DNA of 64,000 nucleotides from Octopus sinensis (lineage: Eukaryota). Of this stretch, positions 26,479 to 39,879 are shown piece after piece. The notes under the pieces were generated by a model that was not told the origin of the DNA, ran no database searches, and saw only the letters and a program-made list of their open reading frames with translations. Position 1 is the stretch's first letter; the number at the start of each line of letters is the position of its first letter. Location of the stretch: the NCBI RefSeq assembly GCF_006345805.1, contig NC_043018.1:29016001-29080000 (forward strand). Direction: 5' to 3'. The position numbers and the translations under genes were made by a program.

Positions 26479-27136
26479 ATCAATAATAAAAGGGTAAAAT
26501 TAATTAATTATTAATTTATTTTACCAAGTAGTGTTCTGTATGTAAAAATACCATTTACGGTATATTTAAAACATTATGTTATATAATTAGGGTTCAGTAA
26601 AATAATTTACTTTACCACACACCGAACTTTTAGAAATAGCAGCCAAAAAATCTTAGCTATTTCTTCTACTATAAGAAAAATCTCCCAGACAATGCATACT
26701 CAAAAATAATTCACACAAGTATAGAGGGAAAAATAACGAAAGATCACACGTACATAAGATTACTTGAGAACGGCCGTTTCTGGATTAGTTGAATATAAGA
26801 TCAACATTTCCTTCGTCAACTCAAAGATTTCTTTTGATTTGGATTTGAGAGCACTAAAAATCGAACATACCCGTCTGATATGAGTAATCCCAGACAAACC
26901 ATCTTCGACCGTTAGTACTAACGAATTCAAAAAGTACAAATGAGGCTTTGCATTCTTCCCCTTCTACCCATGTGAGTTATAGAGCAACACATTCCTACAG
27001 AGAGAACTGTGGTTTAATATCAGGGAGAGAGAATTATATTATCAATAATAAAAGGGTAAAATTAATTAATTATTAATTTATTTTACCAAGTAGTGTTCAG
27101 TATGTAAAAAGACCATTTACGGTATATTTAAAACAT
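26479..27136 (-). mobile_element. Non-coding Penelope-like element with ~95-bp terminal direct repeat (unit 562 nt) in (AT)n
   Basis: atcaataataaaagggtaaaattaatt...ggtatatttaaaacat at 26479 and 27041; hammerhead at 26764-26824. Confidence 0.7.
26764..26824 (-). ncRNA. Type I hammerhead-like ribozyme (U3/G8)
   Basis: ttgag TTGACGA a gga..gttga/tcaac..tcc a GAA ACGGCCGT T ctcaa; palindromic stem III. Confidence 0.65.
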
Positions 27137-27235
27137 ATATATATATATAATATATAATATATATATATAATATATATATATATATATTATATATATATAT
27201 TATATATATATATAGATATATACTATATATATATA

Positions 27236-27361
<126 letters not shown>

Positions 27362-27394
27362 ATATATATATATATAATATATATATATATATAT

Positions 27395-28169
27395 TATCTC
27401 TTACGTGCTTCAGTCATTAGATAGCGACCATGTAGGGGCACCGCTTGAGGAATTTTAGTCGAATGAATCGAATCCAGTACATTTTTTTAAAACCTAGTAA
27501 TTTATCGATCTCTAGTGCTGAACCGCTAGATTACGTGGGCGTAAACACACCACCACCGATTGTCAAACGGTATTGGGGGAACAAACACAGACACAAAGAC
27601 AAACACATACACACATGTATATATACATACAAACATATATATATATATTATATTAGATTAGAGATAAAACCACTATTAGGCAAATCAAACAGTGAAAATC
27701 ATAAGCCAATACATAGAAATAAAATTAATTAAAAATATAAAATATAAAATATAAAAATATAAAATTCCAAATTAAAATATGTAAATTAAAGTTAAAATTT
27801 TAAAAATTATTTAAATAAGTTAAACTTATACATTTTAAATATATATATATATTTTATTATTATCATTTTATTTCATTTTATTTATCTATTTATTTATTTA
27901 AAAAAAATTATATAACTATCAAAAAGTATTAAAACTTTAATATAAGATAAAGAGTAAAAACACTACGATCGTTTCATGCCCGTAACCAATTCGAATAACA
28001 ATAATTTAAATTCAATTAATATATATATTTATATTTATTATATTCAATTAATATATATATTTATATTTATTATATTCAATTAATATATATATTTATACTA
28101 TAAAATTAGATTTAATCCTAAATCTAATTTTTCCCTGTAAGTTTGGATTTACTCCCTAATATTATTATC

Positions 28170-28240
<71 letters not shown>

Positions 28241-28390
28241 TGTGTGTGTGTATGACTGACTTCTCTCAATTTCCATCTACCTTATCCACTGATAAGTCTT
28301 TGGTCGCCGTGAGGTTATAGTAGAAGACACTTGTCCAAGGAGACACACAGTGGGACTGAACCAGGAACCATGTGATTGGGAAGCAATCTC
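27395..28390 (-). mobile_element. SINE family A whose internal microsatellite hosts a Penelope-like relic (about 27650-28170)
   Basis: SINE halves at 27395-27625 and 28250-28390; the insert carries a hammerhead 3' half GAAACGATCGTA (minus, 27964-27975) and its ends resemble 24920-24990. Confidence 0.6.
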
Positions 28391-29324
28391 TCGTCTCCGT
28401 CTCTCTGAATAATCTGCCACCAGTCAAAAGCGAATATTGAAATATTTAAACGTTGAAATATCCTTCATAATCTTTATTGATGAGAGACAGTCTTATCAAG
28501 CATTGTGTTAATGTTTCGTATTCTCTAATGAATGTAGTGTAACGTCACTGGTAATAACACACGTCTCTCACGAACCTGGACCTTTCAAAATCAAAATTAA
28601 TGTCTCTTTTATCATACATGATGCTCTAAACAGGACCTCAGGAATGTCTGAATGTCTAATTTGTAACAAGTTATAAGAACATCGTGTCATCACCATTGTA
28701 GGATAACACAGACACCTGGCATTAATGAATGTGATGGAAATTTCCAGATCACTGTTTGTAAGGGAAAAATGGGCGATAAAGAATTTAAAGTCTGATTGAA
28801 TCACGTGGTTGTGGTGGGGTTAATATTCTAGGCCAACTTAATGAATTTTATTTATTTTCATGTTTCTACAGTTTTAATAGAGTAAATGTATATATTCGAT
28901 CTAATTCAAATTTTATATTATTAATATTCATTCTACCAATTCTTTAAGCAGATTCAACTATCAGGAAGCTCATAGATAGACCACGAGAAAGATGGCTTGA
29001 TAATATCTATGGTTTCAGCTTGTTGCGCTTGGGAACCAGTCATGAATATTTAATGATAGTTGTTTCTGACAGGAATCTGAGACGAAATGAATGAATAAAT
29101 GGCAGTTTTTAAATGCGACTTCGTTGTCCGTACACCTGTTCTTCGTTGTTGAGAATCGTTGGTGATGTTATGGTCATGACAGCTGTATTCGTTCTGCCGC
29201 GGACCTTTCATCGTGAATCTAGGAATTCTACCCCACCACCTGCGAACGGTGGAGAGCGGAAATCGGTGGAATTGTCCTACATTGACTTTAAGAAGATGGA
29301 CTTGTGGATTTCTTTTCAATAATA

Positions 29325-29725
29325 GGCGGATGAGGGGCTGTGTGGTAAGTAGCTAGCTTAAAAACCACATGGTTCTGGGTTCAGTCCCACTGCATGGCAT
29401 CTTGGGCAAGTATCTTCTACTATAGCCTCGGGCCGACCAAAGCCTTGTGAGTGGATTTGGTAGACGGAAACTGAAAGAAGCCTGTCGTATATATGTATAT
29501 GTATGTGTGTATATAGTTGTGTGTCTGTGTTTGCTCCCCCAACACCTCTTGACAACCGATGCTGGTGTGTTTACGTCCCTGTAACATAGCGGTTCGACAA
29601 AAGATACCGATAGAATAAGTACTAGGCTTACAAAGAATAAGACCTGGGGTCGATTTCTTCGACTAAAGGTGGTGCTCCAGCATGGCCACAATGAAAAGAC
29701 TGAAACAAGTAAAAGAGTAAAGAGT
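29325..29725 (+). mobile_element. SINE family A, full length
   Basis: gctgtgtggtaag...gggttcagtcccactgc..ttgggcaag...gactgaaacaagtaaaagag. Confidence 0.9.
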
Positions 29726-30067
29726 AATATTTGAACTGTGTAAACAAAGTGCCTTTAAACCAGACATACATTATAGTTTGTATTTGCCTCCCTGCATTGT
29801 ATATATTTACAAGTTTGAAAGAGCACAAATACGAAATATCATAGTCACAGACTGAAAGTGGTTTTTGCTTTTATGGTATTAATGTGTTAGACGTTAATAC
29901 CATTAAAAAATGGAGTCAAGTAGGAATAGTGATTAGGTTGACGTACGGTATAAACTTTCGTCTTTGTACAAATTCGTATTCAATGATACAATAGACAAAG
30001 GTGAAAATCGATTATAACCGCTGATGCTCGATAGAGATAAATGTTATTGATACAACTGATAAAATAA

Positions 30068-31631
30068 CAGGTCATTAAGAATGAAATGACCGATTTTGAA
30101 CTGAGAGTTTATTTTACTTTATCTCCACAAAAAGCAATGCAGTTAATCAAAGTATGGGCCTAAATCATCAACACAATTTTGCCATTTTATCGGTAGCTTA
30201 TTTATGCCAGCAGTGAAGAATTCTGAAAACAAAGAGATGATGTAATCACAAAAGGCTGTTTCTTCGGATTTAAAGTTTTTTCCTTGCGAAAAGTTGTCTA
30301 ATGCCTGGAAAATGTGATAGTCAGTTGGTGTAAGGTCTGGTGAATATGGTGGATGACAGAGTAGTTCCAAGTTCAGTCCTTGTAACTTGAGTAGTGTTCT
30401 TTGTGCAACATGTTGTCGACCATTGTTTTGCAAGAGAATTGGCCTGTCTCTATTGACCAATCTCGGTTGTTTAATTGCAAGTTCACTCATCATTTCATCC
30501 AGCTGGTTGATGCATACATCCACTGTAAGTGACTTACCAGCCAAGTCTCATGAAATCCTAGTAGATGATACCAGCGCTGGACCACAAAACAGACACCAGT
30601 AGCTTTTTTTCGTAAATATTCCTATTTGGTGTGTGTTTTGGAACTTTCAAACCACCCTGCAGAACGCTTGCTATTGTTGAAAAGAATCAGTTTTTCATCA
30701 TACGTAACAATACAATGAAAAAGTGGCTCGCTTTTATGCTGTGCCAACAAAGAACTGCAAGTTTCAAGACGATGTATCATTTTATTCTCGTTCAATTCGT
30801 GTGGTACCCACTTGTCCAGTTTCTTTACCTCGAAGATTTGTTTCAAATGGTCCAATACAGTTGGAATCGAAACATCAAACCTTGCTACTAACTCACACAT
30901 AGTTTGAGATGTATCCGCTTCCACTACAGTTTCCAGCTCATCATTATCCACCTTGGTCTCAGGTCTACCGCAGGGCTGATTTTCAAGAGTAAAATCACCA
31001 GACCGAAACTTCTCAAACCATAACGTGCAGTGCGCTCATTCGCCACATCTTCACCAAACATCTCTCTGATGTATCGTGCTGTCTGTGGTGTATTGGTTCC
31101 ACGACAGAACATATATATTTCTTTACTACCCACAAGGGGCTAAACACAGAGAGGACAAAGAAGGACAGACAAAGGGATTAAGTCGATAACATCGACCCCA
31201 GTGCGCAACTGGTACTTAATTTATCGACCCCGAACGGATGAAAGGCAAAGTCGACCTCGGCGGAATTTGAACTCAGAACGTAACGGCAGACGAAATACGG
31301 CTACGCATTTCGCCCGGCGTGCTAACGTTTCTGCCAGCTCGCCACCTTGTATAACATATATAAGTATATATATATATACTTGTATAACGCCTTGTATAAC
31401 AGAACATATATTCATAAACAACACGATTCTTTTATCTGTCCATGGGTTCACAAAATTTTGTTTACAAGAGGAAACTTACAATATAATGAGACACCCTGAA
31501 GGACATTTCGAAAAGCGATGATGTAAGTCTTGAATGTTGTAAAACAAAGATTTGTCAGAATAAAACACTAGAGTTAACGACTGTCAAACTTGGTGCATAA
31601 GAAAATCGGACTATTCATTCTTAATGACCTG
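30068..31631 (-). mobile_element. Mariner DNA transposon, defective, with a SINE insertion
   Basis: TIRs caggtcattaagaatgaa..ccgatttt at both ends; transposase fragments WVPHEL, IVTYDEK, HPPYSPDLTPTDYH; frameshifts. Confidence 0.9.
31117..31348 (-). mobile_element. SINE family B nested in the mariner transposase
   Basis: TSD acagaacatatat at 31104-31116 and 31399-31411. Confidence 0.9.
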
Positions 31632-31746
31632 AGAGATTTGAAACATTGCATTCGATGTATGTAAGACAACTGTGGTCGGTGCAGTAGTACTAACCAACAT
31701 ACTCTCAGTTTCAGGGGTAAAATATTACGTAAAAATATTCAGCATA

Positions 31747-31908
31747 GGCGCAGGAGTGGTTGTATGGTAAGTGGTTGTATGGTAAGTGGCTCCGAGTTCA
31801 GTCCCACTGCGTGGCACCTTGGGCGAGTGTCTTCTGCTATAGCCTCGGACCGACCAAAGCCTTGTGAGTGGATTTGGGAGACGCTAACTGAAAGAAGCAA
31901 GCCCATCG

Positions 31909-31941
<33 letters not shown>

Positions 31942-32210
31942 ATGTGTGTGAATGTGTGTCTGTGTGTGTGTCTGTGTGTGTGTGTTTGTATGTCTGTGTT
32001 TGTCCCCCCAACATCGCTTGACAACCGATGCTGGTGTGTTTACGTCCCCGTAAACCTAGCGGCTCAGCAGACGAAAACCGATAGAATAAGTACTAGGGCT
32101 TACAAAGAATAAGCCTTGGGGTTGATTTTTCTCGACTAAAGGCGGTGCTCCAACATGGCCGCAGTCAAATGACTGAAACAAATAAAAGAGCAAAGAGAGT
32201 AAAAGAGTAT
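31747..32210 (+). mobile_element. SINE family A
   Basis: Family consensus; small duplication in the head. Confidence 0.88.
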
Positions 32211-33230
32211 ATTCTCTGAGTTTAGTTCAGGCAAGGGATAACGAGCAAAAGAAAGGTGTGCTTTTACGATCAATGAACACATTAGTTCAAATAGACAGAA
32301 AGCACTGTAGCCGTAAACCATACAATGAATATTTCAACTTATTGTGTTGTTTGTAAAGGCAAAGGACGATATTTCTTAAAGATATATTATTAATGTTCTA
32401 ATTAAATTCAGTGCAAAAATAAATGTTTATTCTTGTTGCGTTAGTTATGCTAATAACAATATGACGGCAGCCCCGCCGCAACAATTTAAGAAAATATTTT
32501 GAATAATAGCTATAATGTAAAATAAGAATAGAAAAGTAAATGTATACTATGAGATTTATCAAATATTTGGGTTATTATCTTCAAAGGAAAATAAATAATT
32601 GTGTACGTTTTCTATAAAACCACTAAGAAAACAAACAATGGAAGGATTCAGAAAAAGAATACAGAAGGAGGGAAAAAAAAGAACAATTTTTCGAAATTAC
32701 ATAGAACATTAATCATTCTAATAGGGTGACTGAAACGGGTGGATCAACGGGGTGGATGAATCCAATAACTATGTTTGTCTTATATCTATAATATTCTGTG
32801 CAGCATGTATCGATATATCGATAAACATTTTTAATTAAATACGAACATTACACGATATAGCCAATATCACAAGTACGTACACAACGATATACACATTGTC
32901 GTATTATATACATATATTTATATGAACATATAAAAGTATACATATATTAATATATTCATATGTATATATAAAAGTACATATAAATATATATAAACAAAAC
33001 TATATAAGTATATATGTATGCACTTATGCAAACACACTTAGACAAATGTACACATATATTTTATATATATATATATAAATATATAATATAAAATAAATAT
33101 AAGAGAGTGGTCACTATATGGCTCACTCTAGCACCACTTGGTGTAGAATAGATATACTATTAAATTAGTATCTAATTCTCTCACCCTTATTAATTAATTA
33201 TATATAAATATATATATATATGTATATATA

Positions 33231-33267
<37 letters not shown>

Positions 33268-33786
33268 TATACATATGTATACATGCATATACATATATAT
33301 ATATATATTTTATATATATATATGTATGTATGTATATATATACATTTGGTAGAAACTAGATTTTAATCAAGAAAGTATGCAATATATTTCTCTATCTCCT
33401 GGAAATTAACATTATTACTTTATAACATATTAAGTATGTGATTGAGTTGCATCGAAGTATTTGCGCACACACGCGCGCTCGTGCGTTGCATGTATACTAG
33501 TCGTAGTACCCGTCAAAAAGCAGTGGGTCGCATATGAATACAGATTAGCATGCAAATATAGATTATATCATAACAAACCAACATTTTCTTTCAGTGGTGA
33601 TTTTTGTCTTCTTTCTGCAGTTCAACATCGAATGGCGTTTCAATCACAAAGAAGGTCCTCTTTATGCAGCACCTTTCTGCTTTATACATCAGGCTTCTGT
33701 TCTCTTTTTCGCAGGGCTTTCATTTCGCATGCAAAACCTTGCCTTCTTTCGCCCAAGTGTTTCATGTGTATTCGTTTTAAAAGAGT

Positions 33787-34075
33787 GGTTGTATACTGTC
33801 AACATAACGTGACAGTCCCGTATGGGAATTACACCAACGCTGTTTAACCCTAGGAAGCATCGAACGCTTCCTGTCGGCTTTGACACATTTAATGGTCCTT
33901 ATATTTGTGAAAGGGAGGCAAGCACCCCCACCAGCCAAGATTTACACCTGAGGATATGCATGTTTCTGGGTCTTAACCCGTCATCAGCCCAGGATAGTGA
34001 GATCTGCTGACTGAGGTGCCTCTCTAGCCTTCACAAGCATATATATTTACAGTGAAAGGTATTTAAAAGGTATTT
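33787..34075 (-). mobile_element. Short hammerhead-bearing non-coding repeat, related to 55494-55735
   Basis: Shares tggttgtatactgtcaa..aacgtgacagt...ccctagga.gcatcgaacgc.tcctg..gctt.gacacattt with the 55.5-kb copy. Confidence 0.7.
33947..33993 (-). ncRNA. Minimal type I hammerhead ribozyme
   Basis: cctggg CTGATGA c gggt-taag-accc a GAA ACATGCATAT C ctcagg. Confidence 0.75.
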
Positions 34076-34476
34076 AAAATAACAAAAATATATTTATTTG
34101 CTAGTACTTTGTCCTATAGCCTAAAAATAGGTTACAGAGCAACGTAATTGATCCGCGTGTTAAGTTCCAATAATTCGAATCCAAGAAAAATCGATTAACT
34201 GGTAGATTAAATTTGGAAATTCTCTTACAAAGGTAGATGTTATTCAACTAATTATGTTCCAGAGGCTCACAACAAAACAAAAATTAGGTTGCAGTGAATG
34301 AAGAACCAGGCTGTTTTGTGAAAGAAAGAGATACCCATTTTTCTGCAGCCTATGGCTTCGTTCTCATTCTTTTCTATGCAATTATATCTCGTTATTTGAG
34401 TGATATTCATAAAGCATGAACGACCAAGCAGACGAAAAACAAGACGTCTAACTTTGTCTTTTATATATAGCGATTT

Positions 34477-34787
34477 GTGGAGGTGCAATGGCACAGTGGT
34501 TAGGGCAGCGGACTCGCGGTTGTAGGAGTGTGGCTTCGATTACCAGACCGGGCGTTGTGAATGTTTATTGAGCGAAAACACCTAAATCTCCACGAGGCTC
34601 TGGCAGAGGATGGTGGTGATTCCTGCTGTACTCTTTCGCCGCAACTTTCTCTCACTCTTTCTTCTGTTGGCCTTCTCGCTTAACCAACGGGGTGGCGTCA
34701 CTTGAAGGATAAAACAATGCGAAGCACATTGTGACCAGTGATGTGTAGCAACATCTGATAGCCTCGTCGGTCACGGTGATCACGGTG
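34477..34787 (+). mobile_element. SINE family C with RTE-derived tail and 12-bp TSD
   Basis: TSD atatagcgattt at 34465-34476 and 34788-34799; tRNA-like A and B boxes. Confidence 0.88.
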
Positions 34788-34859
34788 ATATAGCGATTTA
34801 TAATATATATGTATGTGTATGTGTGTGTGTATTATATATATGAATATTTTTGTAGGTAG

Positions 34860-35290
34860 GCCCACACCCGAAACAGAGGTTGGATGCACATGCAGGGGTA
34901 ATACAACATGTCCGTTGAAAGGTTACTGTAACAGGAAGACAGTTGTATAAGAAGCAGATGTAACAGCCATAGGACCCAATGGGCAACTGAGCATGTGGAA
35001 GTATTTGGGTGCAACAAAGGGCCCTTTCAGAACCCGCTTTAAGAACCACAAACCCTCCTTCAACACCCTGAGAAACACAAGTGTCACAGAATATAACATA
35101 AACTGGCAGATCTTGGAGGAATGTAAACCGTACTTCAATAGCAATAGGAAGTGCAGGTTGTGTCGTCTGAGAAGAGAGCGATTTTAAAGACTACTCAACG
35201 CCCGAATATTGACCCGAACAGCAGGAGTGAGGTGGTTACTCCTTGTCAATATGGAAGAAAGTGCATCCTATCGTACTTGCGTGCTCCATC
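34860..35290 (+). pseudogene. Penelope-like element GIY-YIG endonuclease C-terminal fragment
   Basis: GCTCRGNTTCPLKGYCNRKTVV*EADV...KYLGATKGPFRTRFKNHKPSF...WQILEECKPY...KCRLC, then after a frameshift ...NSRSEVVTPC; typical PLE endonuclease layout. Confidence 0.8.
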
Positions 35291-35756
35291 ATGACTACAA
35301 TTAGAGGTCTCCGACGTTGGCCTTGCACCAATACCCTCGAGCCGGTCAAAGAGTTTGACCAGAGCATTCACTAATGCACCCATGTACACATACGCATGCT
35401 CAAACCAGGCAAATACCCGCCAAATAGACTTTCGCCTACTACCCTCGACATATACCACTTCCCACATATTGTACCTCACATATACAGACCCGCCCCACAC
35501 GCATACACATTACATACTGCAAGCTAACATAACACCCCCCACGACCTTCATCAAGACAGAAGGAAAACAGGCTAACGAACACAATTAGATATAACTACAC
35601 TACTGAAAAAATTATACATATGACCCTACTACACATATCATATATCCCATCCTCGCAGGAGCACCACACTTAATAACTCACACATTTCCCACGAACAAGT
35701 TAACTCAAGATAACAAGATACATATAGATTTATATACATACATACATAATATATAC

Positions 35757-35790
<34 letters not shown>

Positions 35791-36040
35791 CCTCATCCAT
35801 CACCCTCTTGTACTGTCTTATATTCCTCCCCACCACTACAAACTCAATACCACTATAAAATGGTTAAAACTTTTCACACAGGAACTTAGTTTGATTTGAA
35901 AACCCCACTAGAATGGGAGAAAGCGCTAATACATGATCTAAGTTATATGATGTATAAAAAATGTAATATACAAATAAATATCTGTAAATATAAACCATCC
36001 GATTTTCTGAGTACCTCATTTCTTCTCATACACACACACG

Positions 36041-36100
<60 letters not shown>

Positions 36101-36699
36101 CACACACATATAAATATATATATATATACATATATACACATATGTATATATACATATACACACACACACATATATATATATATACATATATACATACAAA
36201 TATACATGCCCATACAGAAACATGTACACAGACACACATACGTTCGGGATCGTACTATTTCGGTCATTACGAAGCATTCATGACCAGAGATGAGGATAAG
36301 TACGAAGCGAACAAGTCTGACCAGACTTGAAGTAAAATATCAATTTAATATTAAGCTCAATATAATCAACTACATTCTTCTCAAGACGCACCAATCTTTT
36401 TGAAAAGGGGAAGGACACTCGAGAGAATGCAATTCTTGAAATCTCAAAACAAAGAAGATAATTACGGTTAAACCGTTTCATCCTCGGTTCAAATGACAAC
36501 AATAAGAGAAAAATAATTGAGTATCAAGTAAGAGGTCTCGTAGCATTTAATTTAAATTTTCGTTTGAATTATTTCCTCTGTCAACTCCTTTCATCAGTCA
36601 GGTGTTAATGCTGTACTAACATATTGATTTTTAGGTATTTTAAAATCTCCTTTGCCTAAGTGGGTGTGTAATAAGAACGAATACCAAACTACGTTTATA

Positions 36700-36990
36700 T
36701 ATTTACAGTTCTATATTTAAGAGATGAGGAATTATGTATATTATTTACATTTGACGGATATTTGTCCTCATCTTGTTTGTTGTTAACACAACGTTTCGGC
36801 TGATATACCCTCCAGCCTTCATCAGGTGTCTCGGGGAAATTTCGAACCTGAGTAGTGGGAGTAGTGGGGAACAGTCTATTTGGCGGGTATTTGCCTGGTT
36901 TGAGCGTGCGTGTGTGTACATAGGTGCATTAGTAAATGCTCTGGTCAAGTTCTTTGCCAGGCTCGAGGGTATTGGTGCAAGGCCAAGTAT
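36700..36990 (-). mobile_element. Penelope-like pseudo-LTR fragments; 36855-36988 is an inverted copy of about 35318-35445
   Basis: Shared ttggccttgcaccaataccctcgagcc...aaatacccgccaaatagact; adjacent hammerhead. Confidence 0.7.
36786..36829 (-). ncRNA. Minimal type I hammerhead ribozyme
   Basis: acac CTGATGA a ggctg-gagggtatat-cagcc GAAACGT T gtgt. Confidence 0.78.
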
Positions 36991-36997
36991 TTTTCGA

Positions 36998-37057
<60 letters not shown>

Positions 37058-37187
37058 GGTCACTACTTGGAATCGAACTCAGAATCTTGGGGTTAGTAGC
37101 CCGCGCTCTTAACCACTGCGATATTGCAAACTGACTTACTTAACCGCACAGTCTACTCACGAGCTCACGTGTGTACTGAATTATATA

Positions 37188-37400
37188 CTCTCTTTTACTC
37201 TTTTACTTGTTTCCGTCATTTGACTGCGGCCATGCTGCAGCACCGCCTTTAGTCGAGCAAATCGACCCCAAGACTTATTCTTTGTAAGCCCAGTACTTAT
37301 TCTATCGGTCTCTTCTGCCGAACCGCTAAGTGACGGGGACGTAAACACACCAGCATCGGTTGTCAAGCAATGCTAGGGGGACAAACACAGACACACAAAT

Positions 37401-37436
<36 letters not shown>

Positions 37437-37607
37437 ATATATACAACAGGCTTCTTTCAGTTTCCGTCTACCAAATCCACTCACAAGGCTTTGGTCGGCC
37501 CGGGGCTATAGCAGAAGACACTTGCCCAAGGTGCCACGCAATGGGACTAAACCCGGAACCATGTGGTTGTTTAGCAAGCTACTTACCACACAGCCACTCC
37601 TGCGCCT
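37188..37607 (-). mobile_element. SINE family A, full length
   Basis: Near-consensus copy. Confidence 0.9.
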
Positions 37608-37819
37608 ATACGAATATTTCTAATACTTTATTCTTGTAAATATTTAATTATCTATATTAAATTCTAAGTAGATTTTACGTTTATTGGATTTCTTATGAGC
37701 GCATAAAATTTTATAATTTTATATATATTTATTTTCAACTCATATTATTTGCTTATTTGTTAACATGGTAATTCGATGTTACGTTCATTTATTATACATA
37801 TCAATAATATATGATACCT

Positions 37820-38360
37820 GAAGGCGGGGAGCTGACAGAACGCCGGACAAAATACTTAGCTGCATTTCGTCCGTCTTTACGCTCTGAGTTCAAATTCTGT
37901 CGAGGGTTAACTTTACCTTTCATCCTTTGAGGGGTCAAGGAAATGAACAGCAGTTGAGCACTGGGGTCAAATTAATTGACTAATCCCCCCTTAAATGTTT
38001 GTGGGTGCATCACATTTTTGGTAAGTATTGTATTGTTAATTCTAAAAGCAGCAGGCGAAGATTCACTTTGCTGTTTGATGTACCATCCAAGATTATTCTT
38101 CTCAATGACAACACTGGTCTTGCACCCAATGAGACCTCTTCCTTTTTTTGTTTCTAGGCTTATACAGTCTGTCAGTATCGCTTTTGGGAAGAATTTCCTT
38201 GTTACTTATCATCATTTTCTAGTTTTACGTGGTGAGTTGACTTTACCTTTGATCCTTTCTGGTTTGACAAAATAAGTGCCAGTTAAGCACTGGGGTCGAT
38301 GTAATCGACTTCCCCACCTCCCGAAACTGCTGGCCTTGCGCCAGAATTTGAAAGCAATAT
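37820..38360 (+). mobile_element. Two degenerate SINE family B pieces (about 37820-38000 and 38235-38360)
   Basis: gagttcaaattc, cactggggtcgatgtaatcgact, ggccttgcgccagaatttgaaa. Confidence 0.65.
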
Positions 38361-38788
38361 TGTGCTTACATCTGCACCGAAATACGTAAAATATTGAAGG
38401 GTCAATTCATCATATTTTATAGATAAAAAGTAGGGTGGTGGGTGAAGAAGAACTTTTCCCGATAAATATTTATTTTATTCATCCCAGGAGCAAGCGTGGA
38501 CTAGTGGTTGGCGTGTTGCCCGCACAACCGCAAGATCTTGTCCCAACAGAAAAGTTACTTTATAAGTAGTATGGAGTATTTCATAAGTTTCTCTAACAGA
38601 AAACCTTAATGCATAGCGAGCTCCCAAACTTCATGACTACATTCTTAAAACGCTTAGTTGTGATAATCAGGATTTAGTAAGGCGTGTTCAAACTACTGCT
38701 GCAGCCGTATTCTTCTATCTGGAATAACAAAAGTTGACAGGTGAGCTGATTAGTGATATACTAAAATGCATAGTAGTGATATACTAAA

Positions 38789-39172
38789 GTGGAGGCGCAA
38801 TGGCCCAGTGGTTAGGGCAGCGGACTCGCGGTCATAGGATCGCGGTTTCGATTCCCAGACCGGGCGTTGTGAGTGTTTATTGAGCGAAAAAACCTAAAGC
38901 TCCATGAGGCTCCGGCAGGGATGGTGGTGATCCCTGCTGTACTCTTTCACCACTCTTTCTCTCACTCTTACTTCCTGGTTCTGTTGTACCTGTATTTCAA
39001 AGGGCCGGCCTTGTCATTCTCTGTGTCACGCTGAATATCCCCGAGAACTACGTTAAGGGTAGACGTGTCTGTGGAATGCTCAGCCACTTACACGTTAATT
39101 TCACGAGCAGGCTGTTCCGTTGATTCGGATGAACCGGAACCCTCGTCGTCGTAACCGACGGAGTGCTTCCAA
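38789..39172 (+). mobile_element. SINE family C, tail type 3
   Basis: Same head as 34477 but a different 3' half (cctgtatttcaaagggccggccttgtc...aatttcacgagcaggctgttcc). Confidence 0.88.
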
Positions 39173-39726
39173 CGATATGCTAAAATTACAATACATTTGG
39201 AAAGTTATAAGTGCCTCTCCTAAGCAATTCACAGAACCTCAGGAATGTACCTCGTATTATATGTAATGAATTATGAAATATACCAGTAAATGAACATTTA
39301 TATAATATGTACAATATATATGAAATATGATATTTAGTAACCAGCTATATACAATATGTAGAAAACATCTAAAATACAGCATTTAATAAAATGTGAGTTG
39401 TGTATGTAGTAATATACGACATATATTATAAATTTCGGTGCAACTCATAGATTTACCGTACGTAATTGTGTTAAACTCAGAAGAAAGTTTAGATATTTTT
39501 CTTGGTAATAACTGTTACTTTTTCATGTTAATAATGCAAACATTATTGAAATTTAGAAACAAAATATTCATAAATATAATATGAAATTAATATAGGTGAA
39601 CGCAAGCAATCTGGGAATATTTTGTAAACAAAAATACGCGCACATATTGTCTACACACACGTATGCACACAAACAAATATATGGTTACATACAAACACAC
39701 ACACATACACACACCAAAGTGTATTA

Positions 39727-39764
<38 letters not shown>

Positions 39765-39824
39765 GTATAAATACGTATATGTATATATATGTATATATAT
39801 ATATGAATATATATAAGTATATAT

Positions 39825-39864
<40 letters not shown>

Positions 39865-39879
39865 CCAGTAGTAAACACA

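Noticed and set aside
28560-29322. GC-richer unique stretch with 69-89 aa ORFs
   Set aside because: No motif recognised on either strand; cannot support a gene or element call.
36241-36312. Hairpin with a GAAA next to a stem, resembling a hammerhead
   Set aside because: Lacks an NUGANNA-type core at the right spacing and has no stem III or cleavage triplet.
38789-38865. tRNA-like sequence with A and B boxes (also at 34477, 24140-24210 and 18120)
   Set aside because: These are SINE heads continuing into SINE bodies; no convincing cloverleaf with a paired acceptor stem.
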